DNA from: Deltaproteobacteria bacterium
GTDB lineage: Bacteria; JAEEML01
Direction: 5' to 3'
DNA length: 35,427 nt
Assembly (NCBI GenBank): GCA_016283195.1
Contig: JAEEML010000095.1
Span: 1-35,427, forward strand
Made by a program: the position numbers and the translations under genes. Under the pieces are notes generated by a model. The model was given only the letters and a program-made list of their open reading frames with translations. It had not been told where the DNA came from and did no database searches. This document shows, one piece after another, positions 1-7,140 of the stretch (position 1 is its first letter; each line of letters begins with the position of its first letter).

Positions 1-1
1 T

Positions 2-259
2 GCCAGTGAATGGTTTAAGAATTTTAAGGAAAACGATTATATGTCTAGCAAGGCATTTTTGCGGGAAAAATTTCTGCGTGACCAGGCAGCTATCCGCAAA
101 GCCGGCTGGGAAGATGGCCGGGAGGAAGGTAGAGCAGAAGGTTTAGCAGAAGGCAGTTTAAAGAAAGCTAAGGCTCTGGCCCAAAAATTCATGGCTCTTG
201 GCCACAGTAAAGAAGAAGCAGCCGAGTTTGCAGAAATTGATGTGAAATTGCTTGATTAG
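2..259 (+). CDS. 3' end of an Rpn family / PD-(D/E)XK nuclease-transposase-like protein (5' truncated by window edge)
   Basis: Frame is open from base 2 (ASEWFKNFKENDY-MSSKAF...). REKFLRD followed by EDGREEGRAEGLAEG repeats and a short helical tail (MALGHSKEEAAEFAEI) is the typical Rpn C-terminus. Confidence 0.7.
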   Translation, partial: ASEWFKNFKENDYMSSKAFLREKFLRDQAAIRKAGWEDGREEGRAEGLAEGSLKKAKALAQKFMALGHSKEEAAEFAEIDVKLLD

Positions 260-309
260 GAGAAATGATATACCATGCGGCGAAAATCTTGAGGTGTGTT
301 TATGGCTGC

Positions 310-1257
310 TTAGTCTTTGAGACAGCGGACGGAATAGCCATTAGATATAGTGTCGTGGCCCACGCCCACCAATGTGGTGACTACGTACAGATTACCCGCT
401 TTCTCTCCATCCAGCGTACTAGACCAGAAGTAGGCGAATGATGCGAAACTTTTGTAGATATTATTGTTATAATAACCTGCAGGCAAGGCACCAAAGGCAT
501 ATTTATCTGCTCCGCCGCTCCAACTGGTAGCACGCAAGTTCTCTGATGCAAAAGAGTTGTCGCCATCCTCTTTTACAGAAGTAATCAGGGTGTTAAACTC
601 TGTATCAGACGGTAAATGCCAGCCATCTGGGCAGACTTTTTGCGCATCTTCCCAATTATAGAGACACCCGTAATGTTCCACAAAATCCGGATCAGCTTCG
701 GTGTTGGTAAGGCAGGTTACTGCGCTGCCGTCGGTGGCTGTATCGCTGGCCATATTCTCGGCCATCCAGATTTGCTCACCGATTATGGTTGTTTTATAGG
801 CAACGCCGTTGGTGTCAGCCATGTAACCAAGGGCAAGAACAGAACAATCTTTACCGGTGTAACCTTTGGAACAAGAACATTCACCGTTGCCATTTAGGCC
901 ATCGTTGCAGGTGCCGTGCTCACAGGTGCAAGCAGCGCAATTTGCTCCAAAGTAGCCGGCATTGCAGTAAAGATAGCCGCCATTGCCATTTGGTAAACCA
1001 TTGGCTTTTGGCAAGTTTTCCGGGCTATAGATGACATAGGATGAGCCATCGGCCGGACAGATAACTATGCCGTGATCGGCATCTTTTTTCACCACATAGC
1101 AGCCTTCGCCGTCACTCCCTGCATCGCCCTTGAAACCTTGCGGGCCCTGTTTGCCTTCTGGACCTTGCTTCCCTTCCGGCCCTTGTTCGCCGGCACCGCC
1201 GCAGGCCGTGAGGGCCAAAGTTAACATTGCTGAGACTAAGACTTTACACTTTTTCAT
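310..1257 (-). CDS. Lipoprotein with collagen-like repeat, EGF-like Cys domains and C-terminal FISUMP (Fibrobacter succinogenes major paralogous) domain
   Basis: Start moved to ATG 1257 (AAGGAG upstream). Lipobox LTAC; Gly-X-Y run; CxC/GYTG EGF repeats; IGEQIWMAENM, YGCLYNW, VCPDGWHLPS, FWSS, GYSVRCLKD motifs. Confidence 0.85.
   Translation of the reverse strand: MKKCKVLVSAMLTLALTACGGAGEQGPEGKQGPEGKQGPQGFKGDAGSDGEGCYVVKKDADHGIVICPADGSSYVIYSPENLPKANGLPNGNGGYLYCNAGYFGANCAACTCEHGTCNDGLNGNGECSCSKGYTGKDCSVLALGYMADTNGVAYKTTIIGEQIWMAENMASDTATDGSAVTCLTNTEADPDFVEHYGCLYNWEDAQKVCPDGWHLPSDTEFNTLITSVKEDGDNSFASENLRATSWSGGADKYAFGALPAGYYNNNIYKSFASFAYFWSSTLDGEKAGNLYVVTTLVGVGHDTISNGYSVRCLKD
1111..1191 (-). 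repeat. Collagen-like Gly-X-Y coding repeat (about 9 triplets)
   Basis: GEQ-GPE-GKQ-GPE-GKQ-GPQ-GFK-GDA-GSD in the translation. Confidence 0.85.
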
Positions 1258-1294
1258 ACTGCACTCCTTGTGCCAATGGGCACGGAAAATTTGT

Positions 1295-1395
1295 TTAGGT
1301 ATTTTCAATACCTAATATACAGGGTACCCTGTAAAATTTTGAAAAATCAGCGCGATCCCCCGCCTGTGGCTGGCGCCACTATGCCCCCAAGTTGC
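1295..1395. repeat. Direct repeat copy 1 (palindrome-containing)
   Basis: 1307-1358 is identical to 2331-2382 (52 bp), with similarity continuing through GCCACTATGCCCCCA. Contains perfect palindrome TACAGGGTACCCTGTA (1318-1333) and inverted repeat TTAGGTATT-ttc-AATACCTAA (1295-1315). Confidence 0.95.
1314..1343 (-). promoter_or_regulatory. Putative sigma70 promoter with palindromic operator in the spacer, facing the FISUMP gene
   Basis: Minus strand TTCAAA-18 bp-TATATT; the 16-bp palindrome fills most of the spacer; -10 lies 57 nt from the ATG at 1257. Confidence 0.45.
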
Positions 1396-1527
1396 GCCGG
1401 CCCCCCAGAACTCACTTGAGCCTATAAAATACATATAAATTCAAACAGGTGAGCCCATCGCCATTTGTAAAAATGGAGAGGGGCGAGATGATAATAAAAT
1501 CCAGTACTTAGCGGGGTGAGGGAAGGC

Positions 1528-1558
1528 GGGGCCACTATGCCCCCAGTTGCCTCTTGCC
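1528..1558. repeat. Partial third copy of the repeat's right arm
   Basis: GGGGCCACTATGCCCCCAGTTGCCTCTTGCC matches 1372-1395 and 2397-2429. Confidence 0.85.
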
Positions 1559-1592
1559 GGGCTAAGAGCCGCTGGCAGAATATGGAAAGCTG

Positions 1593-1601
1593 TGCTATAG
1601 T
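1593..1601 (+). promoter_or_regulatory. Extended -10 promoter element of the TA operon
   Basis: TG-C-TATAGT about 23 nt upstream of the antitoxin ATG; GGAGGT RBS at 1612-1617. Confidence 0.5.
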
Positions 1602-1623
1602 GAGTAGAGCTGGAGGTGCGCAG

Positions 1624-1860
1624 ATGTTAGCAGTAAACGGATATTTTGACGGAAATACTTGCATTGCTTTGGATACATCGCATTTTCACCCTAACCAGCG
1701 GCTTGTTATTACAGCCCTGGATGAAGATATTGATGCTAGCGATATACAAAAGCAAAAAGAGAAAGCTCTGGCAGAACTTCATGGTGTTTTTGGTATGCTG
1801 ACCCATGAGGAGGCTGAGGATATTCGTAATAATCGCGTGAATTTTAAGGAACGTTATTAA
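1624..1860 (+). CDS. Putative type II antitoxin (AF2212/DUF104-like, VapB role)
   Basis: Start moved to ATG 1624 after GGAGGT. 78 aa, N-terminus MLAVNGYFDG...NQRLVIT; stop overlaps the PIN gene start (TAATG). Confidence 0.75.
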   Translation: MLAVNGYFDGNTCIALDTSHFHPNQRLVITALDEDIDASDIQKQKEKALAELHGVFGMLTHEEAEDIRNNRVNFKERY

Positions 1861-2258
1861 TGTTATATATGCTGGATACGAATATTGTTAGCTATTTGCT
1901 CGAAAAAAACGAAAAAGTTCTGGCTCGATTTGATACTATTTTTATGCAGAATAAGATTACAATTTCGAGCATTGTTCACTATGAGATCCAGCGAGGAATT
2001 TTTTGTCGGTGCTCAAAAAAATTACAGGAAAAGTTTGAGCTTTTTTGCAAGCATGTTCCTGTAATTGCTCTTACAAATTCTGATTTTATGCTTGCCGCGC
2101 GTATTTATGCAGATTTGCGTTTAAAAGGTAAGCCCATAGAAGATGCTGATATTTTTATTGGGGCTAGTGCTTTGGCGAATGAGGCTGTGCTGGTAACCAA
2201 TAACGAAGAACATTTGGGTCGTATTAAAGGGCTAAGAATTGAAAACTGGACGAAGTGA
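1860..2258 (+). CDS. vapC: VapC family PIN-domain toxin
   Basis: YMLDTNIVS, ISSIVHYE, DADIFIGASAL, LVTNNEEH PIN motifs; 132 aa; coupled to upstream small gene. Confidence 0.92.
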   Translation: MLYMLDTNIVSYLLEKNEKVLARFDTIFMQNKITISSIVHYEIQRGIFCRCSKKLQEKFELFCKHVPVIALTNSDFMLAARIYADLRLKGKPIEDADIFIGASALANEAVLVTNNEEHLGRIKGLRIENWTK

Positions 2259-2280
2259 GGTGTTCTACAAATTCGTCCAT
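2224..2280 (-). pseudogene. Possible 18-codon remnant or micro-ORF (MDEFVEHLTSSSFQFLAL) running antisense into the vapC 3' end
   Basis: AAAGGAGG-CTCT-ATG on the minus strand at 2280, downstream of repeat copy 2. Confidence 0.35.
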
Positions 2281-2318
2281 AGAGCCTCCTTTTAATACTG
2301 TTGGAACCTAATTTGGTG

Positions 2319-2429
2319 TTAGTTATTTTTAATACCTAATATACAGGGTACCCTGTAAAATTTTGAAAAATCAGCGCGATCCGCCCGCCTGCGGTGGGCG
2401 CCACTATGCCCCCATCTTGCCTCTTGGCC
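2319..2429. repeat. Direct repeat copy 2 (palindrome-containing)
   Basis: Offset 1024 bp from copy 1; palindrome TACAGGGTACCCTGTA at 2342-2357. Confidence 0.95.
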
Positions 2430-2453
2430 ACTTATTCCCAGGTGTGCTAAAAT
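2424..2453 (+). promoter_or_regulatory. Putative ispG promoter
   Basis: TTGGCC-18 bp-TAAAAT with TGn extension (TGCTAAAAT 2445-2453). Confidence 0.4.
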
Positions 2454-2542
2454 ATTGGCTGTGCTTTGAGGTTTAAATAACTTCACGCAAGAAAAACCAG
2501 CCTGCCCCAATAGAGCGGCGAAGTTAAGGAGATTACTAAAAT

Positions 2543-3601
2543 ATGGGTTCCCCAAAAAGTGTTAAAATTGGCACTGTTACCATTGGCGGCGGCGCACCCA
2601 TAGCCATTCAGACTATGTGTAGCACTAAGACGGCTGATGTTGCGGCCACTTTAGCCCAAATAAAGGCCCAGGCAAAAGCCGGCTGTCATGTTACCAGAGT
2701 GGCTATTCCCAATAAAGAAGCGGCCTTGGCCCTTTCCGCTATTACTAAAGAGAGCCCGCTGCCTATTGTAGCCGATATCCATTTTGATTACCGCCTGGCG
2801 CTTATGTCTATAGACGGGGGCGCCGCCGAAGTGCGCATAAATCCCGGTAATATTGGCGCTAAAGAGCGTGTGGCCGAGGTGGTAAAAGCGGCCAAAGCGG
2901 CAGATATTCCCATCAGAATCGGCGTCAATAGCGGCTCGTTGCCGCAAAATCTGCGTCATTTACCGCTCTCTGAAGGGCTGGTACAGGCGGCGCTGGATGA
3001 GATAAAAGTGCTGGAAGATCTTGACTTTTCTGCCATAAAGATATCCATCAAAGCCACCGATGTTCTGACCACGGTAAAAGCCTATAGAAAGCTCCACACT
3101 CTATGTGATTATCCGCTCCATTTGGGGCTCACCGAGTCGGGAACGCTCCTTAACGGTGCCATAAGGTCCAGCGCCGCCCTGGCCATTTTGCTGAGCGAAG
3201 GCATTGGCGACACTATTCGCGTTTCTCTCGCCAGCGATCCCATAAAAGAGGTACTGGTGGCCAAAGAGCTCCTGCGATCTCTTGACCTTTATCAGGGCGG
3301 AGTGGTGGTTCATGCCTGCCCAACCTGTGCCCGCTGCCATGGCTCAGTTTGGCAAATGGCCGAAAAACTTGAAGAAAGGCTCGCCACATTTAAGAGTAAA
3401 CGCACTATTAATCTGGCTGTTATGGGCTGCGAAGTCAATGGCCCCGGCGAGGCTGCCCTGGCTGATATGGGCATGGCCATGAAGGGGAATAAAGAAGCTA
3501 TTCTCTTTGTTAAAGGAGAGATGGTGGCCAGTGGCCCCGAAGAGGAAATCTTTAATAAACTTATCGAAAAGGTAGAAAATTATTATGCTGAAAAAATGTA
3601 A
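2543..3601 (+). CDS. ispG: 4-hydroxy-3-methylbut-2-en-1-yl diphosphate synthase
   Basis: PIVADIHF, RINPGNIG, IRIGVNSGSL, YPLHLG, GIGDTIRVSL, CPTCARC, MGCEVNGPGEA. Confidence 0.97.
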   Translation: MGSPKSVKIGTVTIGGGAPIAIQTMCSTKTADVAATLAQIKAQAKAGCHVTRVAIPNKEAALALSAITKESPLPIVADIHFDYRLALMSIDGGAAEVRINPGNIGAKERVAEVVKAAKAADIPIRIGVNSGSLPQNLRHLPLSEGLVQAALDEIKVLEDLDFSAIKISIKATDVLTTVKAYRKLHTLCDYPLHLGLTESGTLLNGAIRSSAALAILLSEGIGDTIRVSLASDPIKEVLVAKELLRSLDLYQGGVVVHACPTCARCHGSVWQMAEKLEERLATFKSKRTINLAVMGCEVNGPGEAALADMGMAMKGNKEAILFVKGEMVASGPEEEIFNKLIEKVENYYAEKM

Positions 3602-4151
3602 TATCCTTGTTTTTACAATACTTTTTTTGATGCAGTCTTTGGCTTTCGCCGCCTCCTCTTCTCCTAAAGAGGCCATAAGCGGGCTCTTAAAAGAAGTCAA
3701 AACTCTTGGCAGCAGAGAGCCGGCCCGTGATGAATTAAAAGCTCTGGCCGGAAAACTTGCCGCCCATATAGATGAAAATGAGCTGAAAAATCGCCTCTTT
3801 AGTGATGTCCAACAGCTTACGCCGGAGCAAAAAAACGAGCTTTTGGGGCTAGTAGAAGTGCAGCTCACAGCCGCCCTTGTTGGAGCTCTAAAAAAACAGG
3901 ACGGCCGGGATTTGCCCCTTAAAGAGCTGGTAAAAGATGATAATATTGAGCTTATTTTTACCCAAAAAAAAGATGAAAAAGAGCAAGAAGTCGTTTTGCT
4001 CTTTGCCAAAAAAAGCGATAGCTATTTACTTAAAGATGTTTTAGCTGGTAAAAAATCACTGCTTTCTGTTTATCAAAAGCAGATGAAAAAGCTATTTAAA
4101 AAGCATACTTACGCAGAAGTAGTAGAGCGCCTTAGTAAATCCAAACAATAA
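3585..4151 (+). CDS. Exported protein, divergent MlaC/Ttg2D-like
   Basis: Signal peptide ending AFA; LTPEQKNEL and YLLKDVLAGKKSLLSVYQKQM resemble the MlaC layout; overlaps ispG end. Confidence 0.5.
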   Translation: MLKKCNILVFTILFLMQSLAFAASSSPKEAISGLLKEVKTLGSREPARDELKALAGKLAAHIDENELKNRLFSDVQQLTPEQKNELLGLVEVQLTAALVGALKKQDGRDLPLKELVKDDNIELIFTQKKDEKEQEVVLLFAKKSDSYLLKDVLAGKKSLLSVYQKQMKKLFKKHTYAEVVERLSKSKQ

Positions 4152-4155
4152 TATT

Positions 4156-4671
4156 TTAGCGGGTTACGTCCATTTTAACGGTGCCGGGTCTTGATATATC
4201 GGCTTTATTCATGGCCTCATCGAGTGAAGACCAGGTTGTTCCGCCGTTGTCATTGATGCAGGAAGTTAAGCTCATACTACTGCCGCTCATGCTGTAATAA
4301 TAAGCAATCCAGCCCGGGCGGCTCTTGTTGTAGCCGTAGAGATAGCCGTGGCGGGAGTCAACAATGCGCCGGGCGCCGCGCTCGAAGGCCAGCGGCGTTG
4401 ATGAGATGTAGTCTTGTTCGCCGTTGCTTTTAATTTTAAAAACACTCATGGCAAATGTATCGCCGGATGACGTAATTTCATAATTATTACCGTTGCTTGC
4501 CTGCTTCCATACGCCTTCGATAACCGGCTCCGGTTCGCGGCTTGTATTGCTGGCAGCCGGGGTGGAAGGACTGGGGCTGGGGCTTAAAAACAAAGCGCAA
4601 CTATTAAAAAAAGTTACTGCCAGTAGTGAAAGACCTAAACCGAGTCCTTTGCGTACACCCTTGTAATTCAT
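4156..4671 (-). CDS. Hypothetical lipoprotein
   Basis: Start moved to ATG 4671 after TAAGGAGG; hydrophobic segment then FNSC, Ser/Pro linker, IEGVWK beta-rich domain. Confidence 0.7.
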   Translation of the reverse strand: MNYKGVRKGLGLGLSLLAVTFFNSCALFLSPSPSPSTPAASNTSREPEPVIEGVWKQASNGNNYEITSSGDTFAMSVFKIKSNGEQDYISSTPLAFERGARRIVDSRHGYLYGYNKSRPGWIAYYYSMSGSSMSLTSCINDNGGTTWSSLDEAMNKADISRPGTVKMDVTR

Positions 4672-4913
4672 CGTAACCTCCTTATCGGTATTGGGCGGAA
4701 ATAGTACCCGCCATCTGGCCAAATAAGAATATTTCATTTTGTATCTATGTCAATCGCTATATTGGAAGAGCTTTTTAACCCTTCCGCCGCGCAGTAAAAT
4801 ATTTTTAATAATTTAATGTGATTAGCTTTATGAAGCTATTTTTCAAATCTTGGCAACACAGTAAAAAATTGTTACGATAATAAAAGGCGATGCTTTGTCC
4901 CAAGGAGGAACAC

Positions 4914-7034
4914 ATGTCAAAGCAATATTTACCTCTTGTTCTTGGGCTTTTTACTCTGGCTATGATGACTTCTTGTGCCGGTGGCGGTGATGCTACCATG
5001 GGTAGTTATCTAAATCTCCAATATGATGAGACTATTGAACAGGCAGTTCACAAAACATGTGGAGTAAATTCAACTTTTAGAGGCATTGATGTCTCCAAGT
5101 GGCAAGGCGATGTCGATTGGGCCAAAGTGGCTGCCGATCCCCAGAATATTAAATTTGCCATTGCCCGCGTTTCCGACGGTCTTAATTACAGCGATTCAAA
5201 ATTTGATACTAATTACAAAAAGATAAAAGAGGCCGGTCTTATTCGCGGTACTTATCAGTTTTTCCGCCCTTCGCAGGATGCCGTAAAGCAAGCGGATTAT
5301 CTTTTGGAAAAAATAGGTAACAAGCTGGAAGCCAATGATTTGCCGCCGGTTATTGATGTGGAGGCCGATGAAAACCTTTCTGCGACAGAAGTCGCTGCCG
5401 CCGTTACCAAATGGATTAACCGTGTGGAGAGTAAATTAGGTGTAAAACCGATTATTTACACTGGTGGCTATTTTTGGGATTCCCATGTAAAAAGCAGCGA
5501 TTTTGCCGATTATCCACTTTGGCATGCCGCATATCCTAATACTTGGACTAGCTCCTCCTGTCCCTCGATTTCTGATAAATGGACTAACTGGGCTATCTGG
5601 CAATATTCCTCCGAAGCCGCTGTTAACGGTATTTCCGGGCATGTTGATATAAATGTTATAAATGGTACTTTGGAAGATTTGCAAAAGCTCACTTACGGCG
5701 GCGGCTGCCAAAATATTCCGCCTGCTGGGCGCATTATTGACGAAACAGATGCCTGCTTTTTTGCCGGCGGAAACAGCAAATATTTGCGCCATGTCAGCGG
5801 CAGCGGCTATAACGAGGCCTTTATCTGGAGTAAAACCTGGATTACCGCTGAGCCCAGTAACTACGGCAAATGGAGCTTTAACTTTGAGCGTAGTGGTAAA
5901 TATCGCATAGATTATTATCTCACTAATAAATCAGAGGAATTAACAGATGTGGCTACCGCTATTCCCTACAAGATTATGCATAACGGTACTCTCGATAGCG
6001 TAATTATTGATCAAAGCGGCCATGAGGGTTGGAAGGAAATAGGTACTTATCATTTTGCCAAAGGCGGTGCCCAATATCTCATTATAGATGACAAGGCGGA
6101 AGATGATGCCACCAAAGGCAAGCAATTTATTCTCGATGCAGTAAGAATTACCCCGGTTTGTGATCCTGTTCCATTAGCCGGGCGCATTATTGACGAAGAG
6201 GAATCATGTTTTGTTGGCGGCGGTGACCCCAAATGGCTGCGATCTCTCGATGATATTGGTTATAAAAATCATCTTATCTGGTCCAATACCAAGAGCACAG
6301 TAGGAAGTGCCGCCACCAGTACCGGCACATTTAATCTTAACTTTGCCGCTGCCGGTAGTTATGAACTCTTAGCCTATATTCCGGCCGATAAGAGTCCCAT
6401 TTTAGCTGCCAGTGGCAAAGCAAGTATCGGCCAGGGGGTGGAGTATGAAATAAAACATGGCGCTGCTGTTAGCAATGTGACAGTGGATCAGTCTGTAGCA
6501 GCTGGTTGGTATTCTATCGGAGCATTTGATTTTACTGCCGGCGGTGAGCAATATGTTATGGTAAAAGATTCAATAAGTGCCGATAGTTATAAAACGCAAA
6601 CCTTTATTATTGATGCTATAAAATTAGATCTTATTGCCGATGATCCCGGTGATGATCCCGGTGACGACCCCGGCGATGATCCCGGTGATGATCCCGGCGA
6701 TAATACCGATGCCGATACCGAACCAATAATTATAAATGATGATACTAACGAAGAAGAGGCCAATAAGCCGGCTGATTTCTTTAATGATAGCGGTGAAAAT
6801 AATAATCAGCATGAAGAGGATGATGATGCAGTTGAAGAAAAGCCAGATGTAAATCCTGATATTAATCAGGGCACAAATAATCACCAGAGTAGCGATAATT
6901 CGGTTAGCGTAAATCAAAACAATACTCAGCCTAAGCGGGGTTGCAATAGTGCCGCCGGTGATGTTTCCACTTTTACGGCTCTTCTCCTGGCTGCTTCTCT
7001 TCTTACGGTGCGCCGCAAACGGATGGTAAAATAA
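4914..7034 (+). CDS. GH25 lysozyme/muramidase with two golvesin-like beta domains, acidic linker and MYXO-CTERM-like tail
   Basis: AAGGAGG then ATG 4914. GIDVSKWQG, GTYQF, IDVE, PIIYT, LWHAAY, WQYS GH25 motifs; two RIIDE...IDAVR/IDAIK repeats; C-terminal GCNSAAG-hydrophobic helix-RRKR. Confidence 0.88.
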   Translation: MSKQYLPLVLGLFTLAMMTSCAGGGDATMGSYLNLQYDETIEQAVHKTCGVNSTFRGIDVSKWQGDVDWAKVAADPQNIKFAIARVSDGLNYSDSKFDTNYKKIKEAGLIRGTYQFFRPSQDAVKQADYLLEKIGNKLEANDLPPVIDVEADENLSATEVAAAVTKWINRVESKLGVKPIIYTGGYFWDSHVKSSDFADYPLWHAAYPNTWTSSSCPSISDKWTNWAIWQYSSEAAVNGISGHVDINVINGTLEDLQKLTYGGGCQNIPPAGRIIDETDACFFAGGNSKYLRHVSGSGYNEAFIWSKTWITAEPSNYGKWSFNFERSGKYRIDYYLTNKSEELTDVATAIPYKIMHNGTLDSVIIDQSGHEGWKEIGTYHFAKGGAQYLIIDDKAEDDATKGKQFILDAVRITPVCDPVPLAGRIIDEEESCFVGGGDPKWLRSLDDIGYKNHLIWSNTKSTVGSAATSTGTFNLNFAAAGSYELLAYIPADKSPILAASGKASIGQGVEYEIKHGAAVSNVTVDQSVAAGWYSIGAFDFTAGGEQYVMVKDSISADSYKTQTFIIDAIKLDLIADDPGDDPGDDPGDDPGDDPGDNTDADTEPIIINDDTNEEEANKPADFFNDSGENNNQHEEDDDAVEEKPDVNPDINQGTNNHQSSDNSVSVNQNNTQPKRGCNSAAGDVSTFTALLLAASLLTVRRKRMVK
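6639..6698 (+). repeat. 5 x 12-bp in-frame tandem repeat encoding (DDPG)5
   Basis: GAYGAYCCCGGY repeated five times. Confidence 0.95.
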
Positions 7035-7140
7035 GCCTCGTTTCTTCTTTCTTAGCTAATCCGTTGCCTCTATAATAAAATTCTGGCATAAAGAGGCCGC
7101 TGTTATTGCCTGATTACGGCATTTTTTAAGGAGCATTTTT

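Noticed and set aside
310..500. FISUMP C-terminus as a diversity-generating retroelement variable region
   Set aside because: No template repeat or reverse transcriptase seen in the window and no obvious adenine-specific codon pattern. A remote DGR cannot be excluded.
1295..2429. Repeats as a CRISPR array, integron attC sites, dif sites or IS ends
   Set aside because: Only two long copies 1 kb apart; no cas, integrase or transposase between them; no convincing RYYYAAC/GTTRRRY pairing or XerC/D arms; orientation is direct, not inverted.
3344..4009. 221-aa minus-strand ORF, and similar ones at 28247-29038, 31058-31639 and 34746-35267
   Set aside because: Antisense to well-supported genes, with Ser/Phe-rich shadow composition.
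6639..6698. 12-bp tandem repeat as CRISPR or phase-variation switch
   Set aside because: No spacers, in frame, with synonymous third-position variation: a protein linker.
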